Assembly (NCBI GenBank): GCA_034434875.1
Contig: DAOTYJ010000029.1
Span: 3,581 to 67,580, forward strand
DNA from: Dehalococcoidia bacterium
GTDB taxonomy: Bacteria > Chloroflexota > Dehalococcoidia > JAUQQI01
Direction of reading: 5' to 3'
Length of the DNA: 64,000 nt
This document shows, one piece after another, positions 7,522 to 17,103 of the stretch; within the stretch, counting starts at the first letter, position 1; each line of letters opens with the position of its first letter. A program made the translations under genes and the position numbers. Below the pieces are notes generated by a model. It was not told the DNA's origin. It did not search any database and worked only from the letters and a program-made list of their open reading frames with translations.

Positions 7522-9740
7522 TTAGCTCCCACAACTACCCGACCCAGAACCGCAAACGACGCCCCGCCGGCCGTAAGGTTGCGCCGGCCGTCGGAAAGGC
7601 GGTAAAGGCCGGCAACCAGGTAGTAGTCCCCGGGCGGGAGGTCCGGGGGCAGGCTGATGACGGCCGCATCCGCAAAGCGGTCGCCCGGGGCCCACTGGTA
7701 GGTGGGCAGAAGCCCCCCGGCCGGCCTGAAGTCGGCCTGGGCGGCCGGAACCGTCCCGGGCGCCGGCACCAGGTGAACAAAAACCTGCCAGTCTTCGGTA
7801 GGCTTGCCGGCCGCCGACCAGTAAAGCGTTACCCGCAGGTCCCCGCCCGGGGCCAGCGGCCCCGCCGGCAGGTCGGCCCCCACGAGAACTATCCCATCCC
7901 GAAAGGCCGCGCCGAGGGGCCGGGCGGGCGGGACCGTCGGGGGTGGGGGCGGGGCGGTCTTCTCCACCGTGAGCCGGCCCAGGGAAAGGGTCTCCTCCCC
8001 GGCCTGGAAGGCCCAGGCGTAGTCGCCCGGGGGCAGGCCGGGGAAAACCGTAAGGCTTACCAGCTCGGGGCCGGGTTCCCCGGAAGGGCCCAGCTCCCAG
8101 ACCTGCCGGACCCGGCCCGCCGGGTCGATGAGCCCGACCCGGGCCTCCTCCCCGCCCGGCCTCCGGTAGATGACGAGATAAACCCGGTCGTCGGGGCCGG
8201 CCCGTCCGACCGGCGGGTCGTAGCCGAAAAGGCCGGCCGGGCCGTCGACCCGGACCTCCGGCTCAAGGCGGACCGGCCGGGGCGGTCGGCCGGCCGGGTC
8301 GAAGAGGACGGCCCCGTTGTGGCCGAAGCTGAACCGGGCCGCCTCCGGAAGCCGCCCCTTTAGGTGGGCCTGGACCTCCCCGGAAGGGTCTTCGATGGCC
8401 GGCTCCATAAGCACCAGCCAGAGCCTCCCGCCCCCCGAAGCCGCCCCCTCGACCTCAGACCGCCAGGCCGGGTCGGCCCGGGGCGAAACGGGCAGGACCC
8501 GGGTGCCCCCCAGGCCGGCCCGGCGGGCGTAGTACTCGAAGATGGGCAGCCGGTCGCCCGAAACCAGGATAAGCCGGTCTCCCGGGGAGACGTAAGCCCG
8601 GAGGACCCGAAAGAGGGTAACGTAGTCGTCGGTGAGCCGCCGCCCGTCAAGGTACTGCCAGGTGCCCAGCAGGAGCAGTCCGAGAAGCCCCGGCCCCAAC
8701 CCGAAGGCCAGGGGGCGGGGCCGGGCGGAGGCGGCCGAAGCCAGCCCCAGCCCGAGCAGGGGCACGGCCGGCAGAAAATAGCGGGGGTCGTAGACCGGCA
8801 CGTAGCCGAAGGGCCGGGGAAGGAGCACCAGGACGCCGAGGCCGGCGGCCAGAAGAAAGCCGGCCCCGAAGCGGCGGCCCCCGGGGTGGGCCAGGCTCCC
8901 CAGAAGGCAAACGACCAGGGCTCCGGCGGCCAGGGGCCAGAGGCCGTCGGGGCCGCCCCGCCCCAGCAGGAGGCCCCCGGGCACGGCCCGGAACACCTCG
9001 GGCAGGGGGGTGGGCGGCCCGGCGGCCCAGCTCCGCTGCCGGGTAAGGGCAAACCCCACCCAGGGCCCCAAAAGGCCGAGGGTTCCGAGGCTGGCTAAAA
9101 TCCAGGCCCGGCCCCGTTCCCCCCGCCAGAGCCAGAGGCCCGAAACCAGGGGCAGTACGGCGGCCGGGTAGAGGGTGAAGGCGGCCCCAAAGAGGCCGGC
9201 GGCGTAGCCGGCCAGATAAGCCCGGCGGGGCTTAAGGTCCGTAAGGTAGCGGTGGCCGAAGTAGAGGCCCACCAGGCCGAAGGTGACCCCCGGGGCGTGC
9301 ATCCGGACCTCCTGCGACCACCAGATATGGAGGGGGTTTAAGCCTAAAAAGAGGGCCGCCCAGAGGCCCCCGGCCGGGCCGATGGCCCGCCGGCCCAGGC
9401 TTGCGGCCACGGCTACGGCCGGGACCGAGAGCAGGACGGTAAGAAACCGCAGGCCGAAGGGTTCGCCCCCGGCCAGGGGCTCCCAGAGGCCGAGGAGCCA
9501 GTAGTAGAGGGGCGGGTGGGTATCGGCGGCGGTACGGAGGGCGGCGCCCACCGGCCCGAGGCGGGCGATTTGCAGGGCAAAGGCCTCATCGTACCAGATG
9601 TTGTGGTCGCCCAGCCGAAAGACCCGCAGGCCGAAGGCGAGGGCCACCACCCCGAGGCCCATTGACACCCCCGGTCCGGTCCGGCTAAGATCGTGCCGGG
9701 CCAGGAGAGGCCCAAATCTTGCCCGGAGCTGATGCCACAT
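7518..9740 (-). CDS. Second GT39-like membrane glycosyltransferase with a C-terminal repeat domain. The start is probably an internal Met near 9662
   Basis: Loop motif NIWYDEAFALQIA; polytopic N-terminus; C-terminal module resembling those of the ORF at 2894-5449. Confidence 0.7.
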   Translation of the reverse strand: MWHQLRARFGPLLARHDLSRTGPGVSMGLGVVALAFGLRVFRLGDHNIWYDEAFALQIARLGPVGAALRTAADTHPPLYYWLLGLWEPLAGGEPFGLRFLTVLLSVPAVAVAASLGRRAIGPAGGLWAALFLGLNPLHIWWSQEVRMHAPGVTFGLVGLYFGHRYLTDLKPRRAYLAGYAAGLFGAAFTLYPAAVLPLVSGLWLWRGERGRAWILASLGTLGLLGPWVGFALTRQRSWAAGPPTPLPEVFRAVPGGLLLGRGGPDGLWPLAAGALVVCLLGSLAHPGGRRFGAGFLLAAGLGVLVLLPRPFGYVPVYDPRYFLPAVPLLGLGLASAASARPRPLAFGLGPGLLGLLLLGTWQYLDGRRLTDDYVTLFRVLRAYVSPGDRLILVSGDRLPIFEYYARRAGLGGTRVLPVSPRADPAWRSEVEGAASGGGRLWLVLMEPAIEDPSGEVQAHLKGRLPEAARFSFGHNGAVLFDPAGRPPRPVRLEPEVRVDGPAGLFGYDPPVGRAGPDDRVYLVIYRRPGGEEARVGLIDPAGRVRQVWELGPSGEPGPELVSLTVFPGLPPGDYAWAFQAGEETLSLGRLTVEKTAPPPPPTVPPARPLGAAFRDGIVLVGADLPAGPLAPGGDLRVTLYWSAAGKPTEDWQVFVHLVPAPGTVPAAQADFRPAGGLLPTYQWAPGDRFADAAVISLPPDLPPGDYYLVAGLYRLSDGRRNLTAGGASFAVLGRVVVGAN

Positions 9741-11319
9741 GGTGGACCTTCAGGGACCCAACCGCGGCCCGGTCATGGCCCGCAACGGCCTCATCGCCGC
9801 CAACCACTACCTGGCCGCCCAGGCCGGCTACGAGCTGCTCCGTAAGGGCGGCAACGCCTTCGACGCCGCCCTGGCGGCCGCGGCTGTGCTTACGGTGGTG
9901 GAACCCCAGAGCAGTCACCTCGGCGGCGACCTCTTCGCCCTAGTTTACCGGCCCGAAGATGGCCGGGTCCAGGCCGTAAACGCCAGCGGCCCGGCCCCGG
10001 CGGCCGCCACCCCGGACCGGCTCCCGAACGGCCTCCCGACCACCGGCCCCCTGGCCGTAACCGTGCCCGGCGCTGTGGACGGCTGGCTCACCATCTGGGA
10101 GCGCTACGGGTCCCGGCCCCTGGCCGAAGTTTTCGAGTCGGCCGTGGCCCTGGCCGAAGAGGGCTTCCCCATCAGCCAGCGGCTGGCGGCGGCCATCGCC
10201 GCCAACGCCGAGCGGCTCCGGGCCTTCCCGGCTTCGGCCCGAACCTTCCTGCCCGAAGGCACCCCCCCGCCCCCAGGCTACGTCTTGCGCCAGCCCGACC
10301 TGGCCCGGACGCTGCGGGCCCTGGCCGCCGGGGGCCGGGAGGAGTTTTACCGGGGTGAGCTGGGCCGGCGGCTGGTCCGGGCCCTGGCCGAGCTCGGGGG
10401 AATTATGACCGAGGCCGACCTGGCCGCCTACCGGTGCGAGGTCCTGGAGCCCATCTCCGTAAATTACCGGGGCTACACCGTCTTCGGCCAGCCGCCGGTC
10501 TCCCAGGGGTTTATCCTGCTGGAGTGTCTTAAAATCCTGGAAGGCTTCGACCTGGCCCGTTACGGCTTTCTAAGCCCCGATGTTATCCACCTGGAGGTTG
10601 AGGCCAAGAAGCTGGCCTTCGAGGACCGGCTCAACTTTGCCGGCGACCCCCGCTTCGTTGAGTTCGCCGTGGAACATCTCCTTTCGGAGGCCCACGCCGA
10701 GGGCCGGCGTAAGCTTATCCGCCCCGACCGGGTCCTCCCCGGCCAGGCCGCGGGCCAGCTGAGCGTCGGCCGGGAGACCACTTACCTGACGGCGGCAGAC
10801 CGGCAGGGGAACGTCGTCTCCTGGATTCAGAGCATCTTCCACGTTTTCGGGTCGGCGGTGGTGGCCGGGGATACGGGCGTTATCTTAAACAACCGGCTGG
10901 CCGGATTCAGCCCCGACCCCGCCAGCCCCAACCGACTGGGGCCGGGCAAGCGCCCCATCCATACCCTGAACACCTATATGGTTTTCAAGGACGGCCGGCC
11001 TTACCTTTCGGGGGGCACCCCGGGCCAGCACTACCAAGTGATGGTGAACCTTCAGGTGCTGGTCAACGTCCTCGACTTCGGCCTGCACCCCCAGGCCGCC
11101 CTGGACGCCCCCCGCTGGGCCAACCTGGAAGGCACCGAGGTTCAGCTCGAGGCCCGGGTTCCCGAAAGCACCGTGGCCGAGCTGCGGCGCCGGGGCCACG
11201 ACGTCCGCCTGGCCCACCCCTGGTTCGGCCCGGGCCGGGCCATGCTTATCGCCGTCGACCGGGGAATCCTTCAGGGGGCCTTCGACCTGCGGGGCGAGGG
11301 CTATGCCCTTGGCTGGTGA
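9739..11319 (+). CDS. ggt: Gamma-glutamyltransferase
   Basis: N-terminal NHYLAAQAGYELLRKGGNAFDAALAAAAVLTVVEPQSSHLGGD and autoprocessing site TTYLTAADRQGNVVS. Confidence 0.9.
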   Translation: MVDLQGPNRGPVMARNGLIAANHYLAAQAGYELLRKGGNAFDAALAAAAVLTVVEPQSSHLGGDLFALVYRPEDGRVQAVNASGPAPAAATPDRLPNGLPTTGPLAVTVPGAVDGWLTIWERYGSRPLAEVFESAVALAEEGFPISQRLAAAIAANAERLRAFPASARTFLPEGTPPPPGYVLRQPDLARTLRALAAGGREEFYRGELGRRLVRALAELGGIMTEADLAAYRCEVLEPISVNYRGYTVFGQPPVSQGFILLECLKILEGFDLARYGFLSPDVIHLEVEAKKLAFEDRLNFAGDPRFVEFAVEHLLSEAHAEGRRKLIRPDRVLPGQAAGQLSVGRETTYLTAADRQGNVVSWIQSIFHVFGSAVVAGDTGVILNNRLAGFSPDPASPNRLGPGKRPIHTLNTYMVFKDGRPYLSGGTPGQHYQVMVNLQVLVNVLDFGLHPQAALDAPRWANLEGTEVQLEARVPESTVAELRRRGHDVRLAHPWFGPGRAMLIAVDRGILQGAFDLRGEGYALGW

Positions 11320-11335
11320 GGGAGGTTTAAAGCCT

Positions 11336-11566
11336 TTACCGGAAAAGGCGGGCCGCGATGTTCAGCACCACCGTAAGGAGGATGCTTAAAAGGAGCATCG
11401 TGGCCAGGGGGAAGAAGCAGGTAACGTTGTCCGTCTGAATGACGATGTCCCCGGGGAGCCGGCCAATGCCGGGCACCCGTCCGGCCAGCAGAAGCAAAAG
11501 GCCGAGTCCGGCCAGGACGAGGCCGAAGATGATGAGCACTCGGCCGATGGTGGCGAAATCTTCCAT
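11336..11566 (-). CDS. Small membrane protein, DUF2905-like
   Basis: 76 aa, two hydrophobic helices flanking a GRLPGDI motif. Confidence 0.5.
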   Translation of the reverse strand: MEDFATIGRVLIIFGLVLAGLGLLLLLAGRVPGIGRLPGDIVIQTDNVTCFFPLATMLLLSILLTVVLNIAARLFR

Positions 11567-12141
11567 CAGCTTCCGGAGGCGACCCGCTCCACGTATTCGC
11601 CGGTGCGGGTATCCACCCGGACGATATCCCCGGTTTCGATAAAGAAAGGCACCTGGATAACTAGGCCCGTCTCGAGGGTGGCGGGCTTGGTTCCCCCGGC
11701 GGCGGTGTCGCCCTTAAAGCCCGGCGAGGTTTCGATAACCTTTAAATCCACCGTCGTGGGAAGCTCGACGGCCACCGGCTGGTCCCGGTAGAACATAAGC
11801 TCGACCTGCATCCCCTCTTTAAGATAGTTCACCCCATCCCCCAGGACTTCGGGGCCGACGGTGTACTCCTCGTAGGTCTCCAGGTCCATAAAGTGATACA
11901 GGTCGCCCTCTCTATATAGAAACTGGGCCGGCCGGGCCTCCAGGTAGGCCCGGACGAAGCGGGTGCCCGCCTGGACCGTCCGGTCGATGATGTGGCCGGC
12001 CCGGAGGTTGCGCAGGCGCATCCGGACCTGGGCGGTGCCCCGGCCCAGCTTGAGGTGCTCCACATCCAGCACCTGGTAAAGCTCGCCGTCGAGCTCGATG
12101 GTCATTCCCCTGCGGAGGTCGCCGGTTTCGATCATCGCCAC
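11566..12141 (-). CDS. efp: Translation elongation factor P
   Basis: Full-length similarity to EF-P (…KLGRGTAQVRMRL… loop, …TGLVIQVPFFIETGD…). Confidence 0.95.
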   Translation of the reverse strand: MAMIETGDLRRGMTIELDGELYQVLDVEHLKLGRGTAQVRMRLRNLRAGHIIDRTVQAGTRFVRAYLEARPAQFLYREGDLYHFMDLETYEEYTVGPEVLGDGVNYLKEGMQVELMFYRDQPVAVELPTTVDLKVIETSPGFKGDTAAGGTKPATLETGLVIQVPFFIETGDIVRVDTRTGEYVERVASGS

Positions 12142-12145
12142 CCTC

Positions 12146-13222
12146 CTAAATTTCCAGGACCGGGAACTTGGGGGCCTGGGAGATCACCTCGACCCCGTGG
12201 TCCCGCAGGACCACCAGGTCCTCGATCCGCACCCCGCCCCAACCCGGCAGGTAAATTCCTGGCTCGATCGTAAATACCATACCGGCCGCAAGCTTATCTT
12301 CCGACCTGGGCCCGAGCCGGGGCGCCTCGTGGATGACCAGCCCCACCCCGTGGCCGAGGCCGTGGCCGAAGTTTTCGCCGTAGCCGGCCGCCCTTATCAC
12401 CTCCCGGGCGACGGCGTCCACCTCGGCGGCCGGCATTCCCGGCCTAGCCGCCCTGCGGGCGGCCTCGTTGGCCTCGGCCACCACCCGCCAGACCTCCAAG
12501 AACTTCTCCTCCGGCCGGCCGAAGACAAAGGTTCGGGTAAGGTCGCTCTGGTAGCCGTCAAAGCCGGCCCCGATGTCGAGCAGGACGATGTCCCCCGGCT
12601 GGACCCGGCGGTCGCCGGGGCGGTGGTGGGGCCGGGCGGCGTTCGGGCCGGTGGCAACGATGGGGGCGAAGGAGACCCCGTCGGCCCCCAGCTCCCGCAT
12701 CACCCGCTCGACCTCCCAGGCCAGCTCCCGCTCGGTCACCCCGTATTTGAGGGTTTCGAGGACGGCGGCCAGGGCCCGGTCGGTGATTTCGGCCGCCTTT
12801 CGAATGCGGCCGATCTCTTCTTCGTCTTTTACGGCCCGAAGCTGCTCCACCAGACCCCGCAGGGGAACGAGCCGAACCCCCCGGCCCCGCAGGTACCGGC
12901 TCCACTCCCGGTAAGTCTGATAGGTTACGGCGTGGGCCTCGAAGCCGAGCCGCCGCAGACTGCGCCGGCGGGTGAGGTCCCGCAGGGCCGGCACCAGACT
13001 GCCGTCGATGCGCCAGACTTCAAAGTCCGGGGCCTCCTGCCGGGCCTGCTCGGTGTATCTAAAATCGGTCGCCAGCACCGCCCAGTCCGGCCCGATCAGC
13101 AGGTAGCCGGCCGAGCCGGTAAAGCCGCTGAGGTAGCGGCGGTTCTCCGGCTGGGAGATGATTACGGCGTCGACGCCGGCTTCGGGCAGAAGCTGCCTAA
13201 AGCGCTCGAGTCGGCTCTTCAC
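12146..13222 (-). CDS. Xaa-Pro aminopeptidase / M24 family peptidase (YqhT/PepP-like)
   Basis: Metal-binding region [15 protein letters not shown]; conserved aroQ-pepP-efp neighbourhood. Confidence 0.8.
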   Translation of the reverse strand: MKSRLERFRQLLPEAGVDAVIISQPENRRYLSGFTGSAGYLLIGPDWAVLATDFRYTEQARQEAPDFEVWRIDGSLVPALRDLTRRRSLRRLGFEAHAVTYQTYREWSRYLRGRGVRLVPLRGLVEQLRAVKDEEEIGRIRKAAEITDRALAAVLETLKYGVTERELAWEVERVMRELGADGVSFAPIVATGPNAARPHHRPGDRRVQPGDIVLLDIGAGFDGYQSDLTRTFVFGRPEEKFLEVWRVVAEANEAARRAARPGMPAAEVDAVAREVIRAAGYGENFGHGLGHGVGLVIHEAPRLGPRSEDKLAAGMVFTIEPGIYLPGWGGVRIEDLVVLRDHGVEVISQAPKFPVLEI

Positions 13223-13664
13223 CTTCCCCTCCCCGTAAGATTTCGACCAGGAGCCTCAGGGCTGCCAGGTAGCCCCGCCAGCCGAAGCCGGTAATCTGCC
13301 CGAGGGTTACGGGCGCGATTACCGAGCGGCGGCGCCACTCCTCCCGGGCGTAGATGTTGCTCAGGTGGACCTCGACGGTGGGCCGGCCCACGGCGGCGAG
13401 GGCATCCCGCAGGGCCAGGCCGTAGTGGGTCAGGGCGCCGGGGTTGATGATTATCCCGTCGGCGGCCTCGGCTTCCCGGTGGAGAAAATCGATAAGCTCC
13501 CCTTCCGAGTTGCTCTGGAAGGGGAGCAGTTCGACCCCGGCCGGGGCGGCCTCGGCCTTAAGGCGGGCGTCGATTTCGGCCAGGGTCATCGTCCCGTAAA
13601 TCTGGGGCTCCCGCCGTCCCAGAAGATTGAGGTTTGGGCCGTGGAGGACGAGGATCTTTAAGGG
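13197..13664 (-). CDS. aroQ: 3-dehydroquinate dehydratase, type II. The start codon is uncertain (no ATG directly after the topA stop)
   Basis: [19 protein letters not shown]…[15 protein letters not shown] signature; only the C-terminal ~155 codons of the longer 6-frame ORF are plausible. Confidence 0.8.
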   Translation of the reverse strand, partial: PLKILVLHGPNLNLLGRREPQIYGTMTLAEIDARLKAEAAPAGVELLPFQSNSEGELIDFLHREAEAADGIIINPGALTHYGLALRDALAAVGRPTVEVHLSNIYAREEWRRRSVIAPVTLGQITGFGWRGYLAALRLLVEILRGGEGEEPTRAL

Positions 13665-13666
13665 CT

Positions 13667-15790
13667 TCAGCCCAGGACCTCCGCCACCTGTTCCTCGGCC
13701 CCCACGAAGCCGCAGCCGTCGGCGGTGCACCGGCGGGCGCCGTTTTTGCCGGCGACCAGCAGGCCCCCGCACCGGGGGCAGGGCTCCGCCAGGGGCCGCT
13801 CCCAGACGGTGAAGTTGCAGGCCGGGTAGTTGATGCAGCCGTAGAACACCCGGCGGGTTCGGCGGGCCCGGCGCTCCACCAGCTCGCCCCCGCACTGGGG
13901 ACAGCGGGCGCCGGTGCCGACGGCCACGGGCCGGGTGTAGCGGCACTCGGGGAACCCGGTGCAGCCGATGAACTGGCCGTACTTGCCGGTGCGGGTCATC
14001 AGGGGCCGGCCACAGTCGGGGCAGGCCTCGTCGAGGAGCTCCTTGCCCAGCTCGATTTTGGCCAGCCGTTCGGCGGCCTCCAGGGCCTGCTGGAACGGGA
14101 TGTAGAAGTCCCGGAGCACCTCCACCCGGCTGCTTTCGCCCCGGGCAACCTCATCCAGCTCCTCCTCCATCCGGGCGGTGAACTCCACGTTGAAGACCTC
14201 GGGGAACTGGGAGACCAGCAGGTCGTTTACGACCATCCCCAGCTCGGTGGGGATGAGCCGCCGGTCCTCCCGGCGGACGTAGCCCCGCTCCTGGATGGTG
14301 GCCAGGATGGGGGCGTAGGTGCTGGGCCGGCCGATGCCCAGCTCCTCCAGGGTCTTAACCAGGCTCGCCTCGGTGTAGCGGGGGGGCGGCTGGGTGAAGT
14401 GCTGCTTGGGCGTGACCTCCACCGGGCTCAGGGCCTCGCCGGCCTGAAGGGGCGGAAGCTGGCCCTCTTCGGCCTCGTCCTCGTCATCCCTGCCCTCGAT
14501 GTAAACCTCGAGGAAGCCCGGGAACTGGATGACCGACCCGGTGGCCCGCAGCAGGTAGACCCGCCCGTCGGAGGTCTGGTCCACCAGGATGTCCACCGAG
14601 GTCTGCTCTAAGGTGGCCGACTCCATCTGGCTGGCCACGAAGCGCTTCCAGATAAGGTCGTAAAGCTTGTACTGGTCGGGCGTAAGGTACTGCTTTAGCT
14701 GGGCCGGTTCCCGGAAGACCGAGGTGGGCCGGATGGCCTCGTGGGCCTCCTGGGCGCCCTTGGCCTTCTTCTGGGCGTAGCGGGGGGTTGGGGGCGCAAA
14801 GTCGGCCCCGAACCGGCGGGTGATGTACTCTCGGGCCTCGGCCTTGGCCAGGTCGCTTACGGCCGTGGAGTCGGTCCGCATGTAGGTTATCAGGCCGACC
14901 TGCCCCTCCGGCCCGAGGTCAACCCCCTCGTAAAGCTGCTGGGCGATGAGCATCGTCCGCTTGGCCGTGAACCGAAGCTTCCGGGAAGCCTCCTGCTGGA
15001 GGGTGCTGGTGGTGAAGGGCGGGGCCGGGTCCCGCTGAACCGTCCGCCTGCGAACCTCCCCGACGGCCCACCGGCCGGACCTCAGGGCGGCCACCAGGGC
15101 GGCGGCCTCGTCGCCGGTCTTAATGCTGAGCTTCTCCTTGGCCCCGGCAATTCCCCAGAGGACGGCCCGGAAGCGGCGGTCGGGCCGGTCGGCCGGGGTC
15201 AGCAGGGCCTCCACCGTCCAGTACTCCTCGGGCACAAAGGCCTGGATCTCCCGCTCCCGCTCCACCACCAGCCGGAGGGCCACCGACTGCACCCGCCCGG
15301 CGGAGAGCCGGTGCTGGACCTTCCGCCAGAGCAGGGGGCTTACCAGGTAGCCGACCAGCCGGTCGAGAATCCGGCGGGCCTGCTGGGCCTCGACCAGCCG
15401 GAGGTCGATGGGTCGGGGGCTCCGGAACGCCTCGGCGATGGCCTTGGGGGTGATCTCGTGGAAGACGACCCGCCGGACTTTGTTCGGGTCGGCCTGGGTC
15501 GCCTCGATAATGTGCCAGGAGATGGCCTCCCCTTCCCGGTCGGGGTCGGTGGCCAGGAAGACCTCCGGGGCCTCGGCAACGGCCTCCTTAAGCTGGCGGA
15601 CAATGGCCCGCTTTTCCTTGGGAACCAGGTACTTCGGCTCAAAGTCCCGGTCGATGTCGACCCCGAGCCGGGACTTGGGCAGGTCCCGGATGTGGCCGAT
15701 GGAGGCGATAACCTTATATTCCCGGCCTAAATACTGGCCGATGGTCTTGGCTTTGGTGGGGGATTCGACGATGACTAACTTCTTCGCCAT
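13667..15790 (-). CDS. topA: DNA topoisomerase I
   Basis: Toprim start [22 protein letters not shown] and C-terminal zinc ribbons CPDCG…CTGFPEC, CPQCGG…CINYPAC, CPRCGG. Confidence 0.95.
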   Translation of the reverse strand: MAKKLVIVESPTKAKTIGQYLGREYKVIASIGHIRDLPKSRLGVDIDRDFEPKYLVPKEKRAIVRQLKEAVAEAPEVFLATDPDREGEAISWHIIEATQADPNKVRRVVFHEITPKAIAEAFRSPRPIDLRLVEAQQARRILDRLVGYLVSPLLWRKVQHRLSAGRVQSVALRLVVEREREIQAFVPEEYWTVEALLTPADRPDRRFRAVLWGIAGAKEKLSIKTGDEAAALVAALRSGRWAVGEVRRRTVQRDPAPPFTTSTLQQEASRKLRFTAKRTMLIAQQLYEGVDLGPEGQVGLITYMRTDSTAVSDLAKAEAREYITRRFGADFAPPTPRYAQKKAKGAQEAHEAIRPTSVFREPAQLKQYLTPDQYKLYDLIWKRFVASQMESATLEQTSVDILVDQTSDGRVYLLRATGSVIQFPGFLEVYIEGRDDEDEAEEGQLPPLQAGEALSPVEVTPKQHFTQPPPRYTEASLVKTLEELGIGRPSTYAPILATIQERGYVRREDRRLIPTELGMVVNDLLVSQFPEVFNVEFTARMEEELDEVARGESSRVEVLRDFYIPFQQALEAAERLAKIELGKELLDEACPDCGRPLMTRTGKYGQFIGCTGFPECRYTRPVAVGTGARCPQCGGELVERRARRTRRVFYGCINYPACNFTVWERPLAEPCPRCGGLLVAGKNGARRCTADGCGFVGAEEQVAEVLG

Positions 15791-15802
15791 CCCTCTTAAC
15801 GT

Positions 15803-15947
15803 TTAACCCCGAACGTAATATTGTCCGCCGACGTGCCGGACCAGCCCCTTAAGCTCCAGCAGGGCCAGGGTCGCCCCGACCTCGCCCGCCGGCCTTCCGG
15901 CCTGGCGGACGAGGTCGTCGATGTGGGTGGGGCTGTGGTCCAGCAGC
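15803..15947 (-). pseudogene. dprA: dprA C-terminal winged-helix segment, encoded in a different frame from the body
   Basis: Alternate frame reads VKLLDHSPTHIDDLVRQAGRPAGEVGATLALLELKGLVRHVGGQYYVRG, the canonical DprA C-terminal domain. Confidence 0.6.
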
Positions 15948-15951
15948 TTCA

Positions 15952-16905
15952 CTATAATAATTCTAACTCAGTATCCGGGGCCGCCTGGCGCAGGCCGACC
16001 TGGTGGTTGAGCCGGGCAAGCTTTAGGGCCTCGAGGATGTCGTCGGCCCCGGTCACCAGGCCGGCCCCGTCCTGGATGAGGCGGTTGGTTCCCCGGCTCT
16101 GGGGGGAGGTTATCGGGCCGGGGACGGCGAAGACGTCCCGGCCCTGGTCGGCGGCGTACCCTGCGGTGATGAGGGCCCCCGAGGCCTCGTCGGCCTCGAC
16201 GACGACCACCCCGAGGCTGAGGCCGCTGATGATGCGGTTGCGAATGGGGAAGTTCTGGGCGGCCGGCTGGGTGCCGGGCGGAAACTCGGTTATAAGGGCG
16301 CCGGCCTCGGCGATGCGGTCGGCCAGCTGGCGGTTTTCCCAGGGGTAAACCTGGTCTAAGCCCGAGCCCAGGACGGCCAAGGTCCAGCCCCCAGCCTCCA
16401 GGGCCCCCAGGTGGGCCTCGGTGTCGATGCCCACGGCCAGGCCGCTCACGACGGTGACGCCCCCGGCGGCCAGGTCCCGGCTGAGGGCCCGGGCGACCTG
16501 GCGGCCGTAATAGGTCGGGCGGCGGGTGCCCACCACGGCCACGGCCCAGGCCTGGGCCGGGAGGAAGTTACCCTTAACAAAGAGGACGGCCGGCGAGTAG
16601 TCGATGACCCGCAGCCGGTCCGGGTAATCCGGGTCAGCCCAGGTGAGGACCTTGAGGCCGAGGCGGCGGCAGGCTTCCAGGTCGGCCGCCGGATCCCGCC
16701 TGGCCCGGGCCGCAAGCACCCGGTCGACCAGCTCCGGTTCGAGGCCGGCGGCCAGGAGCCCGGCCCTGGGGGCCTTCCAGGCGTCGGCCAGGGCGCCGAA
16801 GTGGGCCTGGAGGCGGCGGATTCGGGCGGCCCCGAGGCCCTGAACCCGGCTGAAGGCGACCCAGCAGGCAAGCTCCCGGTCGTCAATCCCCATCCCGGCC
16901 GACAT
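15952..16905 (-). pseudogene. dprA: DNA processing protein DprA (Smf), main body. It terminates at a TAG inside an AT-rich patch
   Basis: Rossmann-like DprA core …GLSLGVVVVEADEASGALITAGYAADQGRDVFAVPGPITSPQSRGTNRLIQDG…. Confidence 0.85.
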
Positions 16906-16955
16906 TTTACCACAGGAAAGGCCCCGGGCTTTAAGAGCTGCCCGCCGTCAGAACA

Positions 16956-16979
16956 GGGCTTTCCGGCGCCGGAAAGCCC
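16956..16979. promoter_or_regulatory. Perfect 24-bp palindrome GGGCTTTCCGGCGCCGGAAAGCCC in the divergent dprA/mntH intergenic region
   Basis: Seen directly; no downstream T-run on either strand, so an operator is more likely than a terminator. Confidence 0.4.
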
Positions 16980-17103
16980 CGGCGGAAGGCTGGGCGTCCG
17001 GCATGCCGGCCGGTTTTGACACCGCCCCGATTTTGGGTTAAGCTTAGGTCTAGAGTTAAGCAATCTTAAATATGGGCGGCTGCGCCGGAAGGAGCAGGCG
17101 CCC

